A stretch of 64,000 nucleotides of DNA from Candidatus Cloacimonadales bacterium (GCA_963665815.1 OY762463.1:928001-992000), one strand, 5' to 3'; shown: positions 52,862 through 62,519, counted from the first letter of the stretch. The notes: a model not told the origin generated them from the sequence alone. Numbers and translations are program-made.

Positions 52862-53308
52862 ATGACCCATGAAGACTACAGTAACACAGCAAATGAGGAA
52901 ACTCAGGATATTCAGCATTCAGAACAGCATGCAGATAGTGAGAGATCTGTAGAGCAATCCAGAATTGATCTTTTGGAGAATGAAGTTGCGAGATATCGTG
53001 AGCAGGAATGGAATAAGTATGTTAAGTACTTCAAGGATGATGAGTACAGCAGAGACTTTGCCTTTCTACAAAAACGAACAGACGAATTTTCATTTTCCGA
53101 AAATGGAAAATCGCTTACTCCGGTTCAGTTAAAAAACAACCTTGAAAAGCTTAAGCCCTACATTGAAGCAGATGTATTCGGAGTCCTCAACAATCGTGTA
53201 AGACAAAAGACCGGGGCATTTAATCATTCGGAAAATAAACGTGCAATTCCATTCAAGAGTAACCAGAAAACAAGTTTTGCAGAGATTTTCAACATCTTTG
53301 ACAACTAA
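52862..53308 (+). CDS. Putative capsid scaffold protein
   Basis: Acidic N-terminus, helical, directly upstream of MCP; strong GGAGG RBS. Confidence 0.55.
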   Translation: MTHEDYSNTANEETQDIQHSEQHADSERSVEQSRIDLLENEVARYREQEWNKYVKYFKDDEYSRDFAFLQKRTDEFSFSENGKSLTPVQLKNNLEKLKPYIEADVFGVLNNRVRQKTGAFNHSENKRAIPFKSNQKTSFAEIFNIFDN

Positions 53309-53325
53309 TACAAAGGAGAGCAAAT

Positions 53326-54282
53326 ATGCAACAGGCAACATTAATCAAACTTGCAGCAGCACATTCATTACCTGATCAGAAATCGATTATCGATTCTCTC
53401 GTTAACGAGTCCGGATTACTGAGAACCATGCCGTTCCAGAAGGCGAGTCACGGATTATTCCACAAGTACAAGGTGAAAACAGAGCTGCCTTCCGGTGGAT
53501 TCAGGAATGTAAATGGATCTATCACTCCTCATTCTACCAATGAAGAGGTTAAACAGATTGATCTTAAGATCCTGACCGATATTCAGCAGGAAGACAAAGC
53601 AATCTGCGAAGCCTATCCGGGTGGTGTGAAGAAGTTCTTTGCAGATGAGTTACCTGCTTTTGTGGAGGGGCTTGGACAGACTGCTGCCAAGCAATTCATT
53701 TATGGAACCGATCATGTGGGGTCAGAAGATGGTTTCAAAGGATTGCGTCAGTATGCACAGCAATTTGGTAACGAGATCAAACTCGGTGGATCAACAGGAA
53801 ATTCCACTTCCATACTCGTTGTCAGATGGAAAAAAGGTGTATGCTCGGGCTTATACAATGAACAGGCTTTTTCCAGGGGGCAATTGATTACTATCAAACC
53901 TATGAACAACGGAAATCCGGTAATGCTACCGTCCGATGCCGCAGCAGGTTCCATGAAACCGGTATATCAGGCATTGTATGAATCTTATCTTGGGCTTCTG
54001 GTAGCTGACAAGAAATGTACAGGGATGATCTCAGAGATATGCGAAGCCGAAAGCAAGAAACCAACTTCAGGTCAGATTGATCAGCTTATCGACCTTGTTA
54101 ACGGATCTGCCAACGACACGTTCATCTATCTTAACCGTGCATCGAGAAGACTTCTCTGGGAACTCAAGAATTCAAAAATGCAAACTGCTCCATCTGACAG
54201 GAACTACTCGACATCTATTGAGCTCTGGAATGGCATTCCGTTAGTTCTGGAAGAAAACATCACCTCAAACGAGACCGTATAG
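53326..54282 (+). CDS. Major capsid protein (HK97 fold, BPP-1 Bbp17-like)
   Basis: LP...FRNVNG, FIYG......GFKGL, GNSTSILVVRW, WNGIPL...I...E. Confidence 0.8.
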   Translation: MQQATLIKLAAAHSLPDQKSIIDSLVNESGLLRTMPFQKASHGLFHKYKVKTELPSGGFRNVNGSITPHSTNEEVKQIDLKILTDIQQEDKAICEAYPGGVKKFFADELPAFVEGLGQTAAKQFIYGTDHVGSEDGFKGLRQYAQQFGNEIKLGGSTGNSTSILVVRWKKGVCSGLYNEQAFSRGQLITIKPMNNGNPVMLPSDAAAGSMKPVYQALYESYLGLLVADKKCTGMISEICEAESKKPTSGQIDQLIDLVNGSANDTFIYLNRASRRLLWELKNSKMQTAPSDRNYSTSIELWNGIPLVLEENITSNETV

Positions 54283-54290
54283 GAGGAAGC

Positions 54291-54740
54291 ATGAAGACAG
54301 GTAAAACAATTGATAATCTGATGGTTCTCAGTAACAGCCAGAACCTTCCGAACAACGGCAATTTACTTTCTGAGAAAGCAGTATTCGTGGGCAATCAAAA
54401 CAGTATAGCTGAAGTACAAGTTTATGCTGCTACAGACATAAATATTCCTGATGCCGGTGAATTCTCAATATCAGTACATGTATGCGAGGATCAGGAAAAA
54501 ACAAACGTCTCTTCCCCGTTCAATCCGGTTCTTTCCGGCTGGACAGACTCTCTTGCCATGAAAATCATTCAGCATGAAGCAGGGGCTGGAGATGTAGTAT
54601 TCAAGCAGGGAGAGAAAATTGCATCTTTCACTGTTCCGGAAGACTTTGCTCCTGACAAACCTTATTTATGTCTCAAGTATCAATCATCAGCTGACATGAG
54701 TTCTGCAAAAGTAGATGCTTTTGTACATGTAAGCGTATAG
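54291..54740 (+). CDS. Capsid cement/decoration protein (Bbp16-like)
   Basis: IDNLMVLSNSQ N-terminus, YLCLKY...KVDAF C-terminus, directly after MCP. Confidence 0.65.
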   Translation: MKTGKTIDNLMVLSNSQNLPNNGNLLSEKAVFVGNQNSIAEVQVYAATDINIPDAGEFSISVHVCEDQEKTNVSSPFNPVLSGWTDSLAMKIIQHEAGAGDVVFKQGEKIASFTVPEDFAPDKPYLCLKYQSSADMSSAKVDAFVHVSV

Positions 54741-54747
54741 TGTAAGC

Positions 54748-54786
54748 ATGGTTCGGATAGTAGTACTTTGCTGTCCGAACCATTTT
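54748..54786 (+). terminator. Internal terminator/attenuator after the head genes
   Basis: ATGGTTCGGATAGTA / TGCTGTCCGAACCAT stem plus short T-run. Confidence 0.6.
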
Positions 54787-54801
54787 AAAAAGGAGGGATT
54801 T

Positions 54802-55209
54802 GTGAATTGGAGTGAATTATCTGCATCAGCTAATCAGCGTGTTCTGAATCTTGAAAATGAACTATCGGGCTTGGCAAAGGAAAAACTCGCTGAGAAAACA
54901 GATGCTGCAGTAACATTTCTGAAAGAAGAAATAATCAGAAATTGTGATATTGAAAGCGATTTCGATTTTTCCACCATTGATAATGCTGAAAATGCAGTAT
55001 ATATAGCTACGGTAAAGGCTCTGGAACTAATATTTTCTGATCTCTATACTGGATCAGGAAATAGTGTTTATAGAGAGAAGTCAATCAAATTCGGTTCTAT
55101 ATACAGAAGGGATTTCAAAATGAGTGTTGAGAATCTGACATATTCAACAGAAACATCTTCTGGAAGATTCTATCTGAAGAATACATTCTCAAGTATTTTT
55201 ATAAGGTAA
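54802..55209 (+). CDS. Putative head-tail adaptor
   Basis: GTG start after AAGGAGG; helical ~135 aa; position in cluster. Confidence 0.5.
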   Translation: MNWSELSASANQRVLNLENELSGLAKEKLAEKTDAAVTFLKEEIIRNCDIESDFDFSTIDNAENAVYIATVKALELIFSDLYTGSGNSVYREKSIKFGSIYRRDFKMSVENLTYSTETSSGRFYLKNTFSSIFIR

Positions 55210-55213
55210 AACA

Positions 55214-55645
55214 ATGTTCAGCATAATTAACAATATTAACTCACGTTTAGCTGAAATACTGCCTGAAACAGGATTACCTGTGCATATCCTTTCAGAAGAT
55301 GGTATGCAGACAAATCATGATATAAGTTCGTCTGTGATATTAGCAGATATAAGTTCTGTTTCCGATATAGAGGAAAAACCCGGATTAAGAACATGTTTCT
55401 CAGCAGATCTGAGCATCTGGCTTATATGCAGAAAGACAGGAAAGGTTGATGTGAACAAGATTCTGAGCAATATAAATGACATTATCTTGAATACTCTAAA
55501 GGACAGAGTTTTCAGATATCCACCAGCATTGAAAAGCATCGAGACCGTGAAGAAAGCACCAGTCTTGAGCAGTTCAGACTATAATCATTTCTTCATAAAA
55601 AAAGCAATTTATAAAATTGAGATTGAACAAAGCAACAGGAGCTAA
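55214..55645 (+). CDS. Putative tail terminator/neck protein
   Basis: Size, alpha/beta pattern, position before tail tube. Confidence 0.45.
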   Translation: MFSIINNINSRLAEILPETGLPVHILSEDGMQTNHDISSSVILADISSVSDIEEKPGLRTCFSADLSIWLICRKTGKVDVNKILSNINDIILNTLKDRVFRYPPALKSIETVKKAPVLSSSDYNHFFIKKAIYKIEIEQSNRS

Positions 55646-55647
55646 AC

Positions 55648-56586
55648 ATGGATGGAATCCGATATGGTAATTCTTACAGAATACACATTTTCAATGAAAA
55701 CAGCTATGGTAAGTTATCCGGCAACTATGTTGATGATTACAGAGTTCTATGTAACTCTATATCTATCAAACCGGAAACTGAAACAATCGAAGTAAATGTA
55801 AAAACCAATAAAATTGAGCAAAAGCATTCAGAAAAGCTTGCAGGCAGAAAAAATGTAATTGTCACAATAAAAGGTGACTTATCACCAGATCATACTATCC
55901 TGCTTGAAGCATATTCAGGTAAAACAACATTTCCTTATGAACATCAGAACTCAAATGTTCCGCGATCTTATGAAATCCACCAGTTTTTCCTCAAAGATAG
56001 TAAAGCCAACATCATCAAAGGATGTGTTCTGGAAACATTGAAGCTTTCCGGAGATAATGGCAAAACAATTGAGTTTGAAGCAGTTTTCAGAGGACAATTA
56101 TTTGAATCGGAAATTGATTGTACAAAGGACAGATTCACTGAGTTTGTATTACTTGATCATACACCTGCTGTTCCGTTCGTCTGGGGAAATAGCGTTTCAA
56201 TATCTTTACTGGAAATGGCAGAATTTAACACATTCAATAAGTTCTCTATGAACATTTCAAATACTTTTATCAACGATGAGCTTCTTTATCAGAATTCATT
56301 TCTTAAACAATGCGAACTGATCAGCTGCTCCAGCGGTGAATTTGAGTTCTCATCCAATTATCTAATAAATGAAAAAGGATGGATGGAGCAGGAAATTCTC
56401 AAAGACACTCCATTCTACAATACTTTCACCTTGTCGAACGGTTCAGATTCCTGGAAACTTGAATTCTACAGCAAGATAACAGAGATTAATCCGTCTGATC
56501 CTGAGAAACAGATTTTCCAGTTTTCGGCCAAAACATCGTTATGTGCAACAGAGACAAATCCAATGCTGAAAATAAGCAATGTGTAG
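55648..56586 (+). CDS. Tail tube (major tail) protein
   Basis: E.SYG N-terminus, GCVLETLKLSG, FSMNISN; precedes chaperone and tape measure. Confidence 0.7.
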   Translation: MDGIRYGNSYRIHIFNENSYGKLSGNYVDDYRVLCNSISIKPETETIEVNVKTNKIEQKHSEKLAGRKNVIVTIKGDLSPDHTILLEAYSGKTTFPYEHQNSNVPRSYEIHQFFLKDSKANIIKGCVLETLKLSGDNGKTIEFEAVFRGQLFESEIDCTKDRFTEFVLLDHTPAVPFVWGNSVSISLLEMAEFNTFNKFSMNISNTFINDELLYQNSFLKQCELISCSSGEFEFSSNYLINEKGWMEQEILKDTPFYNTFTLSNGSDSWKLEFYSKITEINPSDPEKQIFQFSAKTSLCATETNPMLKISNV

Positions 56587-56594
56587 GAGTGATT

Positions 56595-56996
56595 ATGAGT
56601 ATAGATATGAAAAGTTGTTTCGCAGACCATGGAGCATTCTTCATCAAACCGGTATACTATAAAGATACTAAGATTGCAGATATCAGGGCACTAAGACCTT
56701 TGGACAAGGATATGCTGCAGACGTATCTCGGGGAAATCTGTATTGTTGAAGGAGAACCGGTATACAAGAATATACAACCGGAGCATCTAAGGATAGCACG
56801 AATTGTACTTTCTCTTGGAGGAGAATTACACGGCAGAAAACACCGAATAAGCTCTGAAGGATGGACATTCGACAGAGATATCACAATGAATAATGTAAAT
56901 ATGCTGGACGAAGACATTATTGATACACTCGACAAAGCAATTTACGAGTTGGAAAAAGAGTACAATTCCAATAGGGAAATGTTAAAAAAAAACTAA
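56595..56996 (+). CDS. Tail assembly chaperone (gpG-like)
   Basis: ATG after AGGAG; ends KKN* on a slippery A-AAA-AAC. Confidence 0.75.
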   Translation: MSIDMKSCFADHGAFFIKPVYYKDTKIADIRALRPLDKDMLQTYLGEICIVEGEPVYKNIQPEHLRIARIVLSLGGELHGRKHRISSEGWTFDRDITMNNVNMLDEDIIDTLDKAIYELEKEYNSNREMLKKN

Positions 56997-57301
56997 AGGC
57001 AGCAGTAAGATTCCTGATTCTGAATGATAATGCTGATAAGCTGCTCTTTGAGGAAGCTGGAAGTATTACATTCTGTAAATATTGCTCAAACAACAGATAC
57101 TGTAGTAAGGATATGCGTTATCCGCGTATTCCGACAAACATTATGAAGGTGATCAAATACATATTTCTCAAACAGAAAGATATAACATTTCTGCCCTGGG
57201 GTAATATGCTGAGTAATCAACCGGTGTGGTTTCTTGAACTAAGTATGGCAGGACTGCAGATATTGCAGGAGATTAAGAACGAATCCGAGAAATCAGGTTG
57301 A
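56990..57301 (+). CDS. gpT-like extension expressed as G-T fusion via -1 frameshift
   Basis: -1 frame open 56990-57301 (checked codon by codon to 57113); LPWGNMLSNQPVW motif. Confidence 0.7.
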   Translation, partial: KLKAAVRFLILNDNADKLLFEEAGSITFCKYCSNNRYCSKDMRYPRIPTNIMKVIKYIFLKQKDITFLPWGNMLSNQPVWFLELSMAGLQILQEIKNESEKSG

Positions 57302-57317
57302 TACAGGTGGAGGGTAA

Positions 57318-58271
57318 ATGCAAGATATAAAACTTAATGTAGATATACAGACAGATAAAGGCAGAAGAAATCTAGGTAAGCTGGAAAACAATATTGATTC
57401 TGTGATAAAGAAGCTGATTGAAGCAAATCGGGAAATAACCAGAACACATGCTCAGTCAGAAAAGTCCGGGATAAAAAGTAAGGATAACGGTTTATACCAA
57501 TCCGGTTCGCATGGTTCAGGAGGCAAATCACTTGAAATGCAGAATCTGGATAGCATGGTTCAGATTCGTAAAGAAAAAGATCTGGAATATATTGAATGGA
57601 GAAAAGAACTGTGGATACAGGAGCACCAGTTTGAATATGCTCTTTTTCAGAGATCGATGGCTTCAGTTGAGAAAATGTACTCTAAGGCAATTGATTTGAT
57701 GATAGACAAAGATATGTCATGGAAAAAAGCTAATCAATTAGTAAAGGATTCATTGAAGGATCTGGCAAAATCTCTCCTGAAAGCAGTCGTTAAAACGTTA
57801 GTGCAGGCAGCAGTGCAATCTATTGCGTCCGGGCTGATAATTGAACGGGCTATGAAGAAACCGGCAATATTGACATCTCTCGCAACAGGTGGAACTAATT
57901 CCATTGGAGCTGTTGCAGGTATAAGAGCAACTCAGAGAGCAATGATGTTTTCTCAGGGCGGATATGTATCCGGTCAGGGTTCAGGTATTTCAGATTCTAT
58001 CCCTGCCTTTCTCTCTCACGGTGAATACGTCGTCAACGCGCAGGCAACCAGATCGAATAAAGATGTGCTCAATGATATCAACTCCGGATCTGGAGGAAGT
58101 ATCAGTGCAGGATTAGATAAAGTAGCCGGGCTCCTGAAAACAATCAACATGAATCTGGTGCGCAAGAACATGAGTGTGAATATTGTTAATGATCGCTTAG
58201 ATAATGAAACTGCTGTAATAAATCACGATCTTACCAGAAGAAAGATGATCCGCGGAGGATATAATGCATAA
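57318..58271 (+). CDS. Very short tape measure protein (317 aa)
   Basis: Helical/amphipathic; GGYVSG.GSG.SDSIPA.LS.GEYVVNA C-terminal motif; follows chaperones. Confidence 0.75.
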   Translation: MQDIKLNVDIQTDKGRRNLGKLENNIDSVIKKLIEANREITRTHAQSEKSGIKSKDNGLYQSGSHGSGGKSLEMQNLDSMVQIRKEKDLEYIEWRKELWIQEHQFEYALFQRSMASVEKMYSKAIDLMIDKDMSWKKANQLVKDSLKDLAKSLLKAVVKTLVQAAVQSIASGLIIERAMKKPAILTSLATGGTNSIGAVAGIRATQRAMMFSQGGYVSGQGSGISDSIPAFLSHGEYVVNAQATRSNKDVLNDINSGSGGSISAGLDKVAGLLKTINMNLVRKNMSVNIVNDRLDNETAVINHDLTRRKMIRGGYNA

Positions 58272-60030
58272 ATGGCAGATTATCAAGTATGAAAATGGCG
58301 GTATAGGAGGTAAATTCAATGGTAACTGCTATGTAAATCCTGATGGACGACTATCTGATAATCTACTGGCAATTCCGATTAAAATCAGGTACAGACATTA
58401 CAGATCCGGTGAATCAGAACAATATCTCTGGGGCGGAATGTATTACGGATTGAAAGTAATTGATGACATTGATTGCTACAATCTTCAGCTTAATATTGCA
58501 GGAGATGTATATTACATTCAAGACTTTTCAATGCACTACAACGAAACATATAATGTAGAAACATTCATTGTAAATGATGAGTTTACCTGCATAATAAGGG
58601 ATAAATGGAATAATCTAAGGTTTAAACATGTCACATCCGTCACAAATTCTTCTTTTGGCAGTATTCTTTTCTATATAGGCGCAGGAAGAATGTCTGATGC
58701 ATCTGCAGCACTTTGCTTCAAGGGAGTTATCTTCGCTTTTCAGTATTATGATGCAGTTGAAAATGAATATGCGAAACTGATATTCAGAAAAAACTATCTA
58801 AACGTGCAGGATTATGAGGTTGCAGATCATTTCAGGATTAAGAATGCAATCCTCTATAATGAATCTCCGGCTTTATTCTGGTCCGGGAAAACTGATATAT
58901 CAGATTATGTTGTCAGTCTTTCAAAGCTTAAATACAGAACAGACGATTATCATATTCCTCTAATCCAGAGAGCATCAATAACCTTGAAGAACGGAACTGA
59001 TCTGAAAATAGATGATATTGTAAGCATAAAGGATTCACTGACAGACAGCATACAGTATATATATCGAGTCAAATCCATAAAATCTGAGGAATACAATCAG
59101 AGTGTCATTGAAATGGAAGATATACTGGGAGATCTGTCAGATGTATACATGAGAAACATCCTTCGTAACACAAACTCTTTTTCTGTGCTTCGTTACGACT
59201 GGTGGAATACACTTGATCCGATATATTTCACAGGGAACTACCAGATAACAGAATACTTTCATGATCCGTTCAATCCGGATTACTGCTGGATATCATTTCT
59301 GTTTCTGATTAAAATGCTGTATGGTGTTCTGGAAATTGATTACATGTTAAATATTGATGTTTCCGAACTTGAAAGCAGTATATCCTATCTTAAGCAAAAT
59401 CAAAGTAATATCAGTTTCAAAGCGATTGCATTGAATCTCTATATTCTTAGAAGCATTGGCAATAATAAAGATGGCGATTGTCAGACAAATATATTACAGA
59501 TTGTCAGAAGCCTTTTCAACGCATTGAGGATTTCATACAGAATTTTTGATTCATCTATAAAACTTGAAGAAATTGATAACTCAGATATTCTTTATCCTGT
59601 CACAAATCGTCTAACATATCGTGAAACAATCACAGACAGCGTAAACGGTTATGCAATAAGCTGTAATCGACTAAGCACTTCACAAGATTACTGGAATAAC
59701 GATATTGACTGGAGTAATACTGTTTCAAACGAGTATTTTGTATCTCCATCAGATGAAATGCTGAGAAACAGTCTGGAAAAACTCACCCTGCCTGATCATT
59801 TCAACATTGGCATACATGGATCAGTTAATAATCATTTTTCAGTTGTGAATCCTGCCATTGAACAGCAGTTAGCAGTGAAACTTAACGAATTGTACACGGG
59901 GAAGAAACTGGAAACAGAATACTCCCATTGTTTCACTCCAACACATTTGTGCAGTTATTCAATTAAGGAAGATGATATTGTAAACAATATCAGTGAAGTT
60001 AAACTTCAAAGCTATCAAGGAGGATTATAA
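58264..60030 (+). CDS. Putative tail tip/hub protein
   Basis: Follows tape measure; TDISDYVVS...ASITLKN pattern; possible LamG-like N-terminus. Confidence 0.45.
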   Translation: MHKWQIIKYENGGIGGKFNGNCYVNPDGRLSDNLLAIPIKIRYRHYRSGESEQYLWGGMYYGLKVIDDIDCYNLQLNIAGDVYYIQDFSMHYNETYNVETFIVNDEFTCIIRDKWNNLRFKHVTSVTNSSFGSILFYIGAGRMSDASAALCFKGVIFAFQYYDAVENEYAKLIFRKNYLNVQDYEVADHFRIKNAILYNESPALFWSGKTDISDYVVSLSKLKYRTDDYHIPLIQRASITLKNGTDLKIDDIVSIKDSLTDSIQYIYRVKSIKSEEYNQSVIEMEDILGDLSDVYMRNILRNTNSFSVLRYDWWNTLDPIYFTGNYQITEYFHDPFNPDYCWISFLFLIKMLYGVLEIDYMLNIDVSELESSISYLKQNQSNISFKAIALNLYILRSIGNNKDGDCQTNILQIVRSLFNALRISYRIFDSSIKLEEIDNSDILYPVTNRLTYRETITDSVNGYAISCNRLSTSQDYWNNDIDWSNTVSNEYFVSPSDEMLRNSLEKLTLPDHFNIGIHGSVNNHFSVVNPAIEQQLAVKLNELYTGKKLETEYSHCFTPTHLCSYSIKEDDIVNNISEVKLQSYQGGL

Positions 60031-60464
60031 TGGCTTTCTGGGGCAAAAAATCACCGGTTATACTTTATGGAGGAAGTTTTTCTCTGGAATGGAACCTGAA
60101 TCAGCTTGATTGTACTTACAACTATTCATGGAATAAAGAAAGAGTTCTGCACAAATCTGTAATCACAGGTAAAATGTGGTCTTATGACCTTTCCCAAAAT
60201 CCTGAACAAGGAAGAATGCACATAGATATCACAATGTTTAACATGACTGAAGCAGATATGGCAATATTTCTGTCACTACGCAACAACACGTCCATTAAAG
60301 TGAGAATGCACGATGATGGTGATGCAGCACCATGGGAGGAAGTATTTCTGATTGAGCAGTATCAGCCATTTGCAGGTACAGAAGCTGAAATTCCCTATCC
60401 AGCTTTTGACTGTGGTTTTCTTAAACTTGTATCAGAGAACTATATTAATCTGCCTGATACATAA
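60030..60464 (+). CDS. Putative distal tail/structural protein
   Basis: Translationally coupled (TAATG), beta-rich, 144 aa. Confidence 0.4.
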   Translation: MAFWGKKSPVILYGGSFSLEWNLNQLDCTYNYSWNKERVLHKSVITGKMWSYDLSQNPEQGRMHIDITMFNMTEADMAIFLSLRNNTSIKVRMHDDGDAAPWEEVFLIEQYQPFAGTEAEIPYPAFDCGFLKLVSENYINLPDT

Positions 60465-60509
60465 TTTTTTATGACTATTGCAAAGCAAATCAATAATAAA
60501 GGAGGACAT

Positions 60510-60845
60510 ATGATTATTGAATGGAAGACAATAGCTGTAATTTTGTCGCTTTCAGGTACACTGGTGAATATTGTTATATCATTCTCCAAGCATTCGGCAA
60601 TGATAAAGAGAAATTCCGAGAAAATTAAAGAGCATTCAGAAACTTTAAAAAACTCGAATAATGATATAAGGGCAATCAATAAAAACTGCCAGAAAAATCA
60701 GCTCCATTTTGAGGGAAAGTATATCAGTCGTGAAGCTCTTGAGCTAAAATTTGATAATCTTGAAAACAAGATTGACGAGTTAAGTAAACAGATACATTAT
60801 ATGAACACTAATTTTGTAAAACAGTATATTGAATTGAACTGCTGA
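60510..60845 (+). CDS. Single-TM coiled-coil protein (holin/spanin-like)
   Basis: GGAGG RBS, N-terminal TM followed by coiled coil, end of tail operon. Confidence 0.4.
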   Translation: MIIEWKTIAVILSLSGTLVNIVISFSKHSAMIKRNSEKIKEHSETLKNSNNDIRAINKNCQKNQLHFEGKYISREALELKFDNLENKIDELSKQIHYMNTNFVKQYIELNC

Positions 60846-61077
60846 GCAATGAAAAAAGTGAGTTTTAACAGTCAGAATATTATCCTAATAATGTTTTCTG
60901 AGGCAATATTCAAAAAAATCAGCTGTAAAACACTGTTAGTTAAAGATCTGTTGATTTCTGCAAATCAAACATCAAATAGTTGTAAATTGTAATATTCCGC
61001 ATAACAACTATTGTTCATGACTTATAATATGTCGATTCATTCTTTACACGAAAAAACAGACTGTAGATATTTTTTGA

Positions 61078-61106
61078 TTGACAAAAACCTTGTTAAGACA
61101 TAATTT
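61078..61106 (+). promoter_or_regulatory. Sigma70-like promoter for the lipoprotein pair
   Basis: TTGACA-17 bp-TAATTT. Confidence 0.4.
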
Positions 61107-61121
61107 ATATATGAGGTAATT

Positions 61122-61508
61122 ATGAAATCCATGAAAATATTTGTTATCTTAATAATGAGTATCTTTCTTTTTAATTGTGCTGTTTCTTCAGGTTCTACAA
61201 GAAGATCCGGAGGAAACACGAATTATCGTCAATACATGACAAATGCAAAAGATTTTGCAAAGAATTATGAATGGAAGCAAGCTGCGGATGAGATGGAGAA
61301 TTCTCTGGATTTATATGAAACAGGAGAAGGTTACTATCTTGCAGGAGTATACTACATTAAAGCTTCCATAAATTCTGACAATGATTACACAGCGAAGAGC
61401 CTTTATAAAAAAGGAAAGAAATACTTAAAGATTTCTGCAACTGATTTTGGGTATAAACCTGCAGAAAAAACACTAGAAGATATAAAAAGCCTTAAAACCT
61501 ATAAATAA
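61122..61508 (+). CDS. Putative lipoprotein, TPR-like
   Basis: LFN-C after hydrophobic stretch, helical repeat. Confidence 0.6.
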   Translation: MKSMKIFVILIMSIFLFNCAVSSGSTRRSGGNTNYRQYMTNAKDFAKNYEWKQAADEMENSLDLYETGEGYYLAGVYYIKASINSDNDYTAKSLYKKGKKYLKISATDFGYKPAEKTLEDIKSLKTYK

Positions 61509-61567
61509 AAAACATCGTAAATAATAGATATTCAAACTATCAACCAATCAAACTCTTTGGAGAAACC

Positions 61568-61948
61568 ATGAAGAGAATGGCTATTATTATTTTACTGATT
61601 ACTGTATTTTTTTTAGTTGGATGCAGCAGATTCAAAACGTTGTCTAACAACACTGCGACTTATCCGGATGGAAAGGTTGCAAGAGCTTTTTCTTTTTATG
61701 TGAAAGACTTTCAGAATGATAACCTTACATGGTCTGAAATCGAAAAATTTTCATCAGAACAATACACTTCAGATGTTGATACTCTCTACATATACTATTT
61801 TGATGAAGAAATGGTCGGATCAACTATCAGAGGTTTAAAACTGAAAAGAAGTTACAGAAAAAAATGTATTGCGATTTTTAAACAAATACCGGGCAATAAA
61901 AGTCGTTTAATTCAATTTCCTTTCGAGGAGTCCAGACTTAATCAATAA
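61568..61948 (+). CDS. Putative lipoprotein
   Basis: LVG-C lipobox. Confidence 0.65.
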   Translation: MKRMAIIILLITVFFLVGCSRFKTLSNNTATYPDGKVARAFSFYVKDFQNDNLTWSEIEKFSSEQYTSDVDTLYIYYFDEEMVGSTIRGLKLKRSYRKKCIAIFKQIPGNKSRLIQFPFEESRLNQ

Positions 61949-62141
61949 ATGGTAGAATTCTGTGAGTAAGATTTCCAATTGCTGAATTAGTAATAATCAT
62001 TATGGAAGCAATTATTGTTATAATTGTGATAATTACAGCAGCATAAGTTATTTTATTCTCATATTTCCGAAGCAAGTGGGGTTGGAAATACCAGATATAT
62101 CCAATAACTATAATCAAAACTAAAGCAATAATCTCTATCAT
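61938..62141 (-). CDS. Small two-TM membrane protein
   Basis: AAGGAG RBS, two hydrophobic segments. Confidence 0.5.
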   Translation of the reverse strand: MIEIIALVLIIVIGYIWYFQPHLLRKYENKITYAAVIITIITIIASIMIITNSAIGNLTHRILPFID

Positions 62142-62192
62142 TTACGGAATCTTCTCCTTTTAAAAATTACATGTTTATCTAAGAGGGCAAAA

Positions 62193-62519
62193 ATGGCAAG
62201 TAATTTAAAAAAACAAGTAACAAATATTTATCCGAAAAACAATGAAAACAGAAAAACCGAATATAATTGTTCCAAGACAGTTGAAACTGAGATAAAAGCT
62301 GCTCAGGAAAATGATTTAAAAGTTGTAAGTACTCTTATCCTGACTCTTGAAGAACTGTTTTCAAGCAATGAACTTGACCTGAAAACTGCATCATCAATAT
62401 TGAATCAGCTTGTTACAACCAGAAAAAATATTCTGTCATACAATATTGTTGAAAACAGCTCAGGTCAGAACTGGATCAATTCCATGCAGATAAGGGATTT
62501 ACATGGAAAATCAATATAA
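62193..62519 (+). CDS. Putative terminase small subunit
   Basis: 108 aa helical ORF overlapping the terL start. Confidence 0.45.
   Translation: MASNLKKQVTNIYPKNNENRKTEYNCSKTVETEIKAAQENDLKVVSTLILTLEELFSSNELDLKTASSILNQLVTTRKNILSYNIVENSSGQNWINSMQIRDLHGKSI

Noticed and set aside
53326-54282. Encapsulin nanocompartment
   Set aside because: The HK97-fold gene is accompanied by tail and terminase genes.
55214-60464. Contractile injection system or R/F-type tailocin
   Set aside because: No sheath or baseplate wedge genes; capsid and terminase are present.
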